The notes beneath the pieces are model-generated. The model was given only the letters and a program-made list of their open reading frames with translations. It ran no database searches and had not been told where the DNA came from. From Clostridium sp. CAG:288 (GTDB lineage: Bacteria; Bacillota_I; Bacilli_A; RFN20; CAG-288): a DNA stretch of 64,000 nucleotides. Location of the stretch: the NCBI GenBank assembly GCA_000437395.1, contig FR898169.1:85-64084 (forward strand), in the 5' to 3' direction. The position numbers were made by a program, and so were the translations under genes. Shown here piece by piece: positions 8,788-18,000 of this stretch (position 1 is its first letter; the number at the start of each line of letters is the position of its first letter).

Positions 8788-9846
8788 ATGGGTTTATTCA
8801 AAAAACAACTTTTAAAAGTTATTGAATTTGAAGACGATTCGAAAGACGTGCTCGTCACTAAATTCCAACTAAAAGATCGTGAAGAAATTATGAACAGTTC
8901 TACTCTTGTAGTTAGACCTTCTCAAATTGCTCTTTTCGTTCATAAAGGTCAAATTTGTGATGTCTTTGCACCAGGAACATATAAATTATCAACAGAAAAC
9001 ATTCCATTCTTAACAAAGTTATTAAGCCTTCCTACTGGATTTGATTCACCAATCAAGGCTGAAGTCTACTATGTTAACACAAAACAAATCACAGGTTTAA
9101 AATGGGGTACACAAAACCCTATTATGATGCGTGATGCTGACTTTGGTAACGTTCGTATTAGAGCTTTTGGTGTATATAGCTTCAAAGTTAATAATGCTAA
9201 AGTATTTATGGAACAAATGTTCGGTACAAACTCTGTCTATAAAGCCGGTGATGTTGCTGAACAAATGAAGCCAAGCATCGTTCAAGGATTCTCAGATGCA
9301 ATTGCTGAAAGTAAAATTTCCGCATTAGACTTAGCTGCTAACTATAAAGAATTCTCAGAAACAATTTTAAATGCAACACAAGCTGAATTTGAACGCTTTG
9401 GTTTAGAATTAACAACATTAGTTATTGAAAACATTTCTCTTCCAAAAGAAGTCGAAGATGCTCTTGACGAAAGAACAAAGCTCGGCGTTATGGAAGACAA
9501 GATGGGAACATATGTCCAATATCAAGCTGCTAACGCAATGAGAGATGCCGCCAACAATCCTAATGGAAACAATATGGCTGGTTTAGGCGTTGGTCTTGGA
9601 GCTGGAGCAGGAATAGGACAAATGTTTGCCCAAGGTTTAGCTTCTGCTCAAAACACACCAAAACAAACTTCAGCACCAGCCCAAGGAACAAAAAAATGTC
9701 CTGGATGTGGTAAAGAAGTAGCTACAAATGCTAAGTTCTGTCCTGAATGTGGAACTAAAATGCCTGAAAACAAATTCTGTTCACACTGTGGTGCAAAAGT
9801 TGATGCCAATGCTAAATTCTGCCCTGAGTGTGGAGAAAAATTATAA
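8788..9846 (+). CDS. SPFH/band-7 domain protein (YdjI-like) with a C-terminal Gly-rich linker and tandem zinc ribbons
   Basis: 352 aa with an SPFH core, then AGLGVGLGAGAGIGQ, then CPGCG...CPECG...CSHCG...CPECG. Confidence 0.8.
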   Translation: MGLFKKQLLKVIEFEDDSKDVLVTKFQLKDREEIMNSSTLVVRPSQIALFVHKGQICDVFAPGTYKLSTENIPFLTKLLSLPTGFDSPIKAEVYYVNTKQITGLKWGTQNPIMMRDADFGNVRIRAFGVYSFKVNNAKVFMEQMFGTNSVYKAGDVAEQMKPSIVQGFSDAIAESKISALDLAANYKEFSETILNATQAEFERFGLELTTLVIENISLPKEVEDALDERTKLGVMEDKMGTYVQYQAANAMRDAANNPNGNNMAGLGVGLGAGAGIGQMFAQGLASAQNTPKQTSAPAQGTKKCPGCGKEVATNAKFCPECGTKMPENKFCSHCGAKVDANAKFCPECGEKL

Positions 9847-10907
9847 TGGAAGACGTAAAAGAAATAGATTCTACTTCTTCTAAATGTCCTTCGTGCGGTT
9901 CAGAGTTATACTTTGACCCAAAAACACAAGGAATGAAGTGTGTATCGTGTGGTTCAGAATTTAAGTTTCCATTAATTCTTGAAAATAACAAACACGATTT
10001 AGATTTAACCAATCAATCTATTTCAACAGATGAATGGGCTAAGGAAAGTAAGGTAGTTCACTGTCAAACTTGTGGTGCAAGTGTAATTGCTACAGGATTA
10101 GCTGTTACTCAAGTTTGTCCATATTGTGGAAGTAAATATGTAATTCAAGAAAATGAATTACCTGGTATTAAACCAGATTATGTAGTTCCATTTGTCATTG
10201 ATAAAGAAGACGCTGCTGAAAAGTTCAAAGCTGGGATTAAGAAAAAGTTCTTTGTTCCATCGGGATTAAAAAAAGCATTTACTGCAGAAGAAATAAAAGG
10301 AATATATATTCCTGCTTTTACTTTCGATGCTAATACAAAATCAAGTTACGATGGTATCTTAACAAGAACAAAAACTATATCAACCAAAAATGGTACCAAA
10401 GTAGTTACTGAATCTTTTCCTATTCACGGCAACTTTGATTTTGATTATATGAACTTATTAATTGAATCATCTACACAACTAAATGATTCTCAATTAGAAA
10501 GTTTACTTCCATATAACTTAGATAAAAGCTGTAAGTTTGATGCCAAATTCCTCATGGGTTATTACGTTGAGCACTATAACGATGCAATTTCTAAATGTTA
10601 TGAATTAGCTAACAAAAAAATTGCTAGAAAAATTGAATCTGGAATTTTAAGCAAATATAACTATTCAGGCGTTACGTGTTTAAATGTTAAAACATCTAGA
10701 TCTGATGAAAAATACAACTATCAACTATTACCGATTTATTATGTAAGTTATTCTTATAAAAAGAAAAAAAACTCTACTTATATGAACGGACAAACTGGTA
10801 AAGTTGGAAAAGGTCTTCCTGTTTCAGCATTAAAAGTATTACTTTGTGTAATTATTGTTTTAGTAATAATTGCAATATTCATGTTATTAATCTGTTTTTT
10901 AGATTAA
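9846..10907 (+). CDS. Zinc-ribbon protein (YdjG-like) with two N-terminal CxxC...CxxC ribbons, a central domain and a C-terminal TM helix
   Basis: The start overlaps the upstream stop (TAATG). Motifs are CPSCGSELYF..CVSCGSEF and CQTCGASV..CPYCGSKY, with a C-terminal LKVLLCVIIVLVIIAIFMLLICF. Confidence 0.7.
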   Translation: MEDVKEIDSTSSKCPSCGSELYFDPKTQGMKCVSCGSEFKFPLILENNKHDLDLTNQSISTDEWAKESKVVHCQTCGASVIATGLAVTQVCPYCGSKYVIQENELPGIKPDYVVPFVIDKEDAAEKFKAGIKKKFFVPSGLKKAFTAEEIKGIYIPAFTFDANTKSSYDGILTRTKTISTKNGTKVVTESFPIHGNFDFDYMNLLIESSTQLNDSQLESLLPYNLDKSCKFDAKFLMGYYVEHYNDAISKCYELANKKIARKIESGILSKYNYSGVTCLNVKTSRSDEKYNYQLLPIYYVSYSYKKKKNSTYMNGQTGKVGKGLPVSALKVLLCVIIVLVIIAIFMLLICFLD

Positions 10908-10923
10908 AGAAAGGAACTAAAAT

Positions 10924-11277
10924 ATGAATAGAATTGAGAAAAATAAGACCGCTCTTATTGTAATTAGTATTATCAGTCTTTTAATTGGTGTATGTTCAAC
11001 TGTTGGAAGTGTATTCTTATTGATTTCCGGCTTTACTGACATGACAGTTGTTTTAATCGTATTTGGATTTATTTTAGCTTTCTTAGGATTAGGATTGATC
11101 CTTTTCGGTATTTATTATTTATGGATTGGTTGTGCCTTAAAAGCTACTAAAGGTTCAATTGCTGTCGATAATAGTATTGCTATGAATAGACAAAACAAAG
11201 TTTGCCCAAAATGTGGTGCAACAAACACTCCAAACGTTGACACATGCCAAGTTTGTGGTGAAAAATTAGATAAGTAA
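10924..11277 (+). CDS. Small two-TM membrane protein with a C-terminal zinc ribbon (YdjH-position protein)
   Basis: 117 aa with hydrophobic helices followed by CPKCGATNTPNVDTCQVCGEKL. Confidence 0.6.
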   Translation: MNRIEKNKTALIVISIISLLIGVCSTVGSVFLLISGFTDMTVVLIVFGFILAFLGLGLILFGIYYLWIGCALKATKGSIAVDNSIAMNRQNKVCPKCGATNTPNVDTCQVCGEKLDK

Positions 11278-11288
11278 GCATCTTTTAT

Positions 11289-11317
11289 AAGCTTAGGTTA
11301 TTCCTAAGCTTTTTTAT
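11289..11317 (+). terminator. Rho-independent terminator of the SPFH operon
   Basis: AAGCTTAGG-TTATT-CCTAAGCTT followed by TTTTTA. Confidence 0.6.
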
Positions 11318-11450
11318 TAGACATAATATGCAAAAAAAGATAAGTTTTAAGTATTAACTTAGTCGTTTTATTTACATTAGATAAAATTTTGTATATTCTA
11401 TGTATGTTTCAATTACTTATAAAGTGGAAAACTAGTAGTAAATATATTAC

Positions 11451-11475
11451 TGGTGCCGCCCAAAGGGATCGAACC
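11451..11475 (-). other. Orphan 25-nt fragment matching a tRNA 3' end (T-loop, acceptor 3' strand and CCA) with no 5' half. It may be an att-site remnant.
   Basis: The minus strand reads GGTTCGATCCCTTTGGGCGGCACCA. The flanking sequence cannot form D or anticodon arms. Confidence 0.4.
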
Positions 11476-11508
11476 ATAAAGTTAAAGTCAGTAGATAGAA
11501 GGTAGAAA

Positions 11509-12396
11509 ATGAATAAACTAAAACAATTTATAACTAAATACAATAAACTATTGATGGAAGTTTTATACGTTTCAATAGTTATACTTGCATGCTCACTTAT
11601 TTCAATGTGCTCTTTATTTTATAAGACTCCTGATGAAATAAAAACAGCGCTAAGTTACAAATATAATTTTTATTTATTAGCTGAATCATTCATCTATGGT
11701 GCTATATTAATAAGCGCTTCTTCCTTTGCTTTTTATTACTTACATCCAGGTGAAGAAACAACACCAGCCAAAATGAAAGTTAAAAACATTATTATATATG
11801 GAATATTAATGTTTTTAGGATTGTGTGCTTATATAGTAATAGCTCAAATTCTTTATGTGCATTTAAACTTCGGAAAAGGTTCAACATTCTTCTTTAGTAC
11901 TGCTATTACCTTAATCTATGTTTATTTAATGTTTAAGCTTTACTATTTTGATAGAGTAGATTCCAAAAAAATTATTTGGGAATTAATTAGGTTCGGATTA
12001 GTTGGTGTAATAGCTGCATTATTTGACTTTTCAACTGTTTCACTTATGAGATTTGGAATCTTAAAAAACTTAACAAACTCAACAGCTGTCACACTTATTG
12101 CAGTCACATGTGGATTTATTGCAGGTGTTATCGTTAATTATATTTGCTCTGTCTTCATGGTTTATAAAGAAGGAGTTAATAACTCTAAAACAATCAAAGG
12201 TGTCGTTTTGTTTGTTGGATTAAGTGCAGTTGGATTACTAATAGGTATTGGACTTGAAGCTTTATTCTTTGATTTATTAAAACTTCCTTACCCTGCAGTT
12301 TTCATCATAAGAACTCTAATAGTCTTAATTTGGAATTATATTACTAGAAAGCTATTTATATTCAAAGCAGACAAAAAGATTGTTGAGAAACAATAG
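11509..12396 (+). CDS. GtrA-family membrane protein with an extended N-terminal membrane region
   Basis: The C-terminal ~140 aa (IIWELIRFGLVGVIAALFDFSTVSLM...WNYITRKLFIF) matches the GtrA fold. TAG stop. Confidence 0.6.
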   Translation: MNKLKQFITKYNKLLMEVLYVSIVILACSLISMCSLFYKTPDEIKTALSYKYNFYLLAESFIYGAILISASSFAFYYLHPGEETTPAKMKVKNIIIYGILMFLGLCAYIVIAQILYVHLNFGKGSTFFFSTAITLIYVYLMFKLYYFDRVDSKKIIWELIRFGLVGVIAALFDFSTVSLMRFGILKNLTNSTAVTLIAVTCGFIAGVIVNYICSVFMVYKEGVNNSKTIKGVVLFVGLSAVGLLIGIGLEALFFDLLKLPYPAVFIIRTLIVLIWNYITRKLFIFKADKKIVEKQ

Positions 12397-12451
12397 TATT
12401 AAAAAGTTTTATAAATAAAGACTCTGTTGATTCTTATGGGGTCACACAAAG

Positions 12452-12482
12452 CAACTGAGTGTCATTTCTCAGTTGTTTTTTA
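12452..12482 (+). terminator. Terminator of the gtrA-like gene
   Basis: CAACTGAG with an 8-nt loop, then CTCAGTTG followed by TTTTTT. Confidence 0.6.
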
Positions 12483-12483
12483 T

Positions 12484-12519
12484 ACACAAAAAGCCCTAAG
12501 TTCACCTTATTATTAAGGC
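12484..12519 (-). terminator. Terminator of the nuclease lipoprotein gene; convergent with the previous terminator
   Basis: Minus-strand stem GCCTTAA/TTAGGGC with one G-U pair, then TTTTTGTGT. Confidence 0.45.
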
Positions 12520-12541
12520 TACATTAGAGCTTTATTTTGCT

Positions 12542-14203
12542 TTACATATTTGAATAATGGATAACTATTGATGAAACTTGTAAATTCTTATTCGAGACAT
12601 CAATTCTAAAGAATCCATTGTTGGATCCTTCTGGAGCTAATACTTCACCAGTATTTCCAGCTGCAGATGAAGAAATTACTTGAGTATATTCACTAGGTTT
12701 AGTGTCATAGACTGAGCTTCCTATAACAACACTTTGTTTTGCTGATTTTGATCCACCAGTGCCATAAATTAATTCTATTTTTGAAATATTACCTAGAGAC
12801 GAATCGTTATAGATATATCCAGTTTCAGCTTTGAAATAGATATTTCCTTTTACAGCTTTAATATCATTAGCTTTAAAGTTAAATCCATTAATATTTGCTG
12901 TAACATTTGTTTGAAGAGATTCTTCAGTAGCGCCAATAGACTTCAAATCAATTGTTAATGTTCCATCACCAACTGGTGGTTCTGGAACAGCTGCTTTTTC
13001 AGTTACTGTAACTTTGAAAGTTGTTTTTATAGATTCGTTATTTGCAAGTGAAACTGTTACTGTTGTATTACCAACTTGAAGTCCTTTAACCTTACCATCA
13101 GTTATCGAAATAATAGAATTGTCATAACCGCTATAAACAACGGTTTTGTCTTTAGCGTTACTTGGAGTAACAGTTACGCTTGTATTCTTTTCACTTTCTA
13201 CTTCTAATGTAATATCGTTTGCATTAACTCCAGTTGCTTCGACTGGTTCAGAAGGTTGAGCAGTGCTACAAACATTTCTTGTTGCTTCGTTTGTATCACC
13301 CCAAATTTGACAAGCAAGTTCAGGATGGTCGACGAATGGGTTTCTATTACCTAAATATTTTTGACCGTTATCATTACGAATTAATTCCCAATCATTTACT
13401 GGATGTTCAATATTCCACTTTAATAAAGTCGATAACTTACCCATAGTGTGATTATCAAAGCTTGTATTATCAGCAAGCTTTAAATTGTAACCTGATTCAG
13501 GTCCGTAGTGAGCTGCGGCATAGAAAATAACACGGGCTGAATCACCTTTGTATTCATCCATTTCTGGTGCCCAACCACCTTCATTTGGATCTGAATAAGC
13601 TTTATTTCCTCTAGAAGAGTTATCAGCTGACCATGTTGGTTTAATAACGTATGGATCTGAACCTGGTCCTGATTTACCTGCACCACGTGAGTTAGGCCAT
13701 GCATGTTCTCTATTAACTTTTCCACTAAAGCTCATAGAGTTACCGCTGCCATAATAATATTCCTCATGGGTATAGAAAATATAAATGGTGTTTGCTTTAC
13801 CTGGGACTGCTTCAATTTGTGGAATAGCTTGTTTTAATTCATCGTAGCTTGTTTTAACCTTATGAGTTCTATTCATTAATTCGTAAACTTGTTTACGCAT
13901 ATCTACACCAGTTAAATTAAAGTTGAAACCACTATAATAATTGGTTTCATCAATAAAACTTGATGAAGATGATGGTTTGCTACTTGAGCTATTAGATGAG
14001 CTAGAACTAATTGAACTCGATGTAGAATTAGTTGTTGTGCTACTACTTGTTGTACTTTCTGATGAGTTACTACTAATAGTAGATGAAATATTAGTACTTG
14101 AGCCACTGTTGCTTGATGTTGAACTACTGGAGGTCGAATTACCACCACAAGAAGCTAAGACAAATGTCGCAAGAACTAAAGTTAATAAACGTTTAAATTT
14201 CAT
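12542..14203 (-). CDS. Surface lipoprotein nuclease: Endonuclease I family domain, a Big_2 domain and a C-terminal domain
   Basis: Lipobox LASCGG followed by a ~60-aa Ser/Thr linker. Nuclease motifs are REHAWPNSRG...NRNPFVDHPELA. Start chosen at MKFKRLL with RBS AAGGAAGG; the ORF extends to 14221. Confidence 0.75.
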   Translation of the reverse strand: MKFKRLLTLVLATFVLASCGGNSTSSSSTSSNSGSSTNISSTISSNSSESTTSSSTTTNSTSSSISSSSSNSSSSKPSSSSSFIDETNYYSGFNFNLTGVDMRKQVYELMNRTHKVKTSYDELKQAIPQIEAVPGKANTIYIFYTHEEYYYGSGNSMSFSGKVNREHAWPNSRGAGKSGPGSDPYVIKPTWSADNSSRGNKAYSDPNEGGWAPEMDEYKGDSARVIFYAAAHYGPESGYNLKLADNTSFDNHTMGKLSTLLKWNIEHPVNDWELIRNDNGQKYLGNRNPFVDHPELACQIWGDTNEATRNVCSTAQPSEPVEATGVNANDITLEVESEKNTSVTVTPSNAKDKTVVYSGYDNSIISITDGKVKGLQVGNTTVTVSLANNESIKTTFKVTVTEKAAVPEPPVGDGTLTIDLKSIGATEESLQTNVTANINGFNFKANDIKAVKGNIYFKAETGYIYNDSSLGNISKIELIYGTGGSKSAKQSVVIGSSVYDTKPSEYTQVISSSAAGNTGEVLAPEGSNNGFFRIDVSNKNLQVSSIVIHYSNM

Positions 14204-14333
14204 ATTACCTTCCTTAGACATATTTATGACATATTAATTGTATCATATGACGTTTAAATTTTGTTGAATTTAGTTAATTTTATTATGGAAATGTATTTTA
14301 TTAATGAATATAATTATCGTTGAGGTATTTATC

Positions 14334-14882
14334 ATGAAAAAATTTTTTAAAGATTTTAAGACTTTTATAGCCCGTGGAAACATCCTTGACATGGCCGTTG
14401 GTGTCATTATAGGTAATGCTTTTTCCAAAATTGTTACAAGCCTAGTAAATGACATTATCATGCCACTACTTGCTGGTGCTATTGGTAACTCCAGTGTTGC
14501 AGACTTAAAATGGGTTTTGCACCCTGCAGTAACTGATGAGGCTGGCAACGTAATTAAAGCTGAAGCTGCTGTCGCTTACGGTACATTCTTACAAGCTATT
14601 ATCGATTTCCTTCTTGTAGCTTTATGCTTATTCATCGTCTTAAGAATAGTAATGAATATAAGCAATAAATTAAGAAGAGATCCAGATGGCTATACAAACG
14701 AAGAATATCTTAAACTTCGTAAAGAAGGTCATAAGAGAAAAGAAATTAAGGCTATGGAAGAAAAGAAGATTGCTGAAGCAAGAGAAGCTAGAGCTAACGC
14801 ACCAAAGCCAGAAACAACCGATAGTATCTTAAAAGATATTAGAGATTTATTAAAAACTCAAAGCGAACAAGAAACAAAATAA
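14334..14882 (+). CDS. mscL: Large-conductance mechanosensitive channel MscL with a C-terminal extension
   Basis: MKKFFKDFKTFIARGNILDMAVGVIIGNAFSKIVTSLVNDIIMP. RBS GAGGT is present. Confidence 0.85.
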   Translation: MKKFFKDFKTFIARGNILDMAVGVIIGNAFSKIVTSLVNDIIMPLLAGAIGNSSVADLKWVLHPAVTDEAGNVIKAEAAVAYGTFLQAIIDFLLVALCLFIVLRIVMNISNKLRRDPDGYTNEEYLKLRKEGHKRKEIKAMEEKKIAEAREARANAPKPETTDSILKDIRDLLKTQSEQETK

Positions 14883-14895
14883 CATAAACTATTAA

Positions 14896-14927
14896 CCTTA
14901 GTCATTAAAAGTGACTAAGGTTTTTTA
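14896..14927 (+). terminator. mscL terminator
   Basis: CCTTAGTCA-TTAAAAG-TGACTAAGG followed by TTTTTT. Confidence 0.65.
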
Positions 14928-14932
14928 TCGCA

Positions 14933-14975
14933 TTAAAAAACTCAGCTAGAGAACGTAAATTTCCTTAGCTGAGTT
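14933..14975 (-). terminator. Terminator of the 2144-aa lipoprotein gene
   Basis: The minus strand has CTCAGCTA..TAGCTGAG followed by TTTTTT. Confidence 0.55.
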
Positions 14976-15013
14976 TAATATTTTAGGATTGTACTTAAAA
15001 TAATAGCTAGTTA

Positions 15014-18000
15014 TTAAGCTAATGTATAGCCGCTATAACCACTTCCAAGTTGAGAAACTGTAGCAGTAAATAAGACGTTACCTTCAGAATCTTCAACTGT
15101 GAATGTATCACCGACAACTAAGCCTCTATCTGTAAGTGCAACATCATTAACTTTAACGATAACTGGTGTAGCAGATGTGACATCATAACTACGAGATTTA
15201 TCGAGCATGAAGGTTACTTTTCCATCGACGACTGCCCAGTAAAGTAAGTTAGCCCGGCTCTTACCAATCATATTACAATTTTGAGCATCTTTGACACTCT
15301 TTAATGTATAGTAGCCATAACCACTATCAGATCCTTCACAATGGACTAAGAAGACATCTTCAGAAGCCATTGTGATTGTAAGATTATCTTTTCTTACTGT
15401 ATTATTGTACTTATATGAAGTTTCAGCAGTATAACCAGTTTCTGTTCTGACAAGTTTACCGAAGAAGTTATTGTTATAAGTAATATAGCCATACTTATCG
15501 ATAACTAATGGAGAAGTTGTAGAATTGATTTGTGCATAAGAACCACCGCTTAACTTATCTTCTTCTGTAAAGAATTCTGTAGCGTGTTCGAATGTTTCAC
15601 CATTAATTGTAATGTAATCAGCAATAGTACCTGCATCATCATATAAAACAACTGTATTTGTAAGTGATGGATGGAAGTAATAAGTGTATGTCTTATTAGC
15701 TAATGTTGCATTACCTCTTGCTGTTGCAGATGTTGTAAATCCATCAGTAAATAATGTTTCACCATTATATGTAATAGAAATACGTTCAGCATTGTTAGCT
15801 AAGGCAATTGTGCCAGTTGATGTTATCTTAGCGACAACTTCAGTGTCACCAGCAACAAGTTTAAATATACCACCGACTTCTCCAACTTCTTTTGTAGAAT
15901 CAATTGTCTTTGTAACTATAGCAATTGCATCGACTGTTGTCTTATTTGTTGGAGCGTATAAGTATGAGACTTCATCAGCCTTAACGACTTTATAGATAAT
16001 ATTTGCAGATGAACTTACTTTAGCAAATACTGATAATGTAGCATCTTTAGAAACATAGAAGTTCTTATTGCTTCCATCAACGACAGTAAGGACACCTGGA
16101 GCGACGTATGCAATTACTAAGCTCTTAGTATATGTACTACCAACTTGTTTTAATGTGATATTAAGTAAATCACCTGAAATAGATGAAGAGACAGCACGAT
16201 AAATTGTACTACCACTTGGTGTACCATAAGAGACAGCACCATATTCATCAATCGATAATACATATGTAGAAGATGAGGTTGTTGCTTGTCCATATGTTCC
16301 GAGTAAAGAACCATTATAGATTTTTTCAAGAGCTGATGCACTCTTAGCAGATGTATTTAATCTATATAAGACTGTGCTATCTTCAATTGTAACAGAGATA
16401 ACTGTTCCTTCATAGACAACATATGAACCTGTCTTATCGCCTAATTTTGCAACACCTGTTGAATCAGCTTCAAAATCAGCAAATCCATCAAGTGATAATG
16501 TTTGATCACCAACTGTATAGTCACCAGCTAATGAGTTAGCAGAGATATATCCCCACTTTGTTGTTGAATAGGTATTAATCATAGCTTTTTCAATAATAAC
16601 TTCATCGCCATCTGTGACTTCAAAGATACAACCAGCTGTACCATATGCAATATCATTCAAGGCAGTAACAGTAACTTGTCTACCTGCAGCTGAACTTGTT
16701 GTGTATAAGAAGTAAGCTACTTCATCGCCAACGATCATACGTTTGATGTAGTTTTTATAGTTGCTACCAATATATGAAACTGTAACACCACTATTAGCAC
16801 TTAAATCAACTTTAGTAGCTGTGCCACCATTGACTGAAATAGAAGCGCTGAATACTTTAGAAATTACTTTTGTCATTGTAATCTCAACTCTATAAATTGT
16901 AGAAGATGAATATGTGCTATATGTTTCACCGTGGAAGACATAGCCTTCTGCATCGCTACCAGTAACATAACCATAATATGTTCTATTGCTATCTTTATAT
17001 GATCCAACACCATATTCGTTTAATATAACTTGGGGAGAAGATGTACTGACACTTGATGAATATGAGAATGTTCCATAAGTAGCCTTTAATGCATCTTTGT
17101 CATTCTTGAGAACTGTTAATTCTTTTGTTGTTTGATCAATAGCTGCATAGCCAACAATAGTTGTACTTCCAGAAGTTGTTAAAGCGATGTGAGCGTTATT
17201 AAGTTTATAGTAATCGTATGTTGTTCCATCACTAAAGACAATTTCACCACGTTTAGAACTTGATTCACCAAAGCCATCAATTGTAGCTGTCTTGCCGTCA
17301 GCAACTGTATAACTTCCAGCTTCACTACCAGCTAATTGCAAACCACTCCAGTCACTGCTTATGCTTGTAATCTTAGCTGTTAATAAAGCCTCACCAGCAC
17401 TATCTTTAATGGTAAATACTGAACCAACTGTATTTGGAGCAATACCATTTGCTACATCGACAGTGACAATTTGTCCTGCAGCATATTCGTCAGAAGATGT
17501 GGAATAAATATATGTTGTTACGCCATCTTTAGTAATTGTTCTTAAAATCTTTTTTCTTTGATAGCCAGAGTAAGTTGTTGTATATCCATCAGTAGTTGCA
17601 CCCATGAATAACATATTTGTAACTGTTCTATCACCTGTAGCTGAGATAGCTAATGCACCATTAGCAAGATAGCTACCAGTAATGCTATATGAGCCTGAAC
17701 CGGAAGTTCTTGTAACTTCCATACTGAATGTTAAATCACTATTAATGACAACTTTTCCTGTGTATGTGTATGAATCATATTTGAATGTACCATTACCAAA
17801 CTTATCAATGGACATTGAGTATGATTTATTAGCACCTGTGTAAGAACCAAGTAAAGCGTTATCTTCATAAACTGGAGAGACAACTTCAAATGTATAGTAC
17901 TTACTAACTGTGACGCCATCAATTTCAGCTGAAACTGTGACGAGATAGAATCCCTTCTTAGTGAAGTCGACTAAGCTATAATCGACATAGCTCGATTTAT

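Noticed and set aside
6627-11475. Genomic island delimited by tRNA-Ser (6535-6626) and the tRNA fragment (11451-11475)
   Set aside because: The fragment does not match the 3' end of tRNA-Ser, is on the opposite strand, and the intervening genes (YitT, SPFH triad) look chromosomal with no integrase present.
13234-14237. Several 70-100-aa ORFs antisense or in an alternate frame inside the nuclease gene (13234-13446, 13480-13725, 13912-14148 and 13941-14237)
   Set aside because: They are artefacts of the low-complexity Ser/Thr-coding repeat and AT-rich sequence, lying entirely inside a well-supported CDS.
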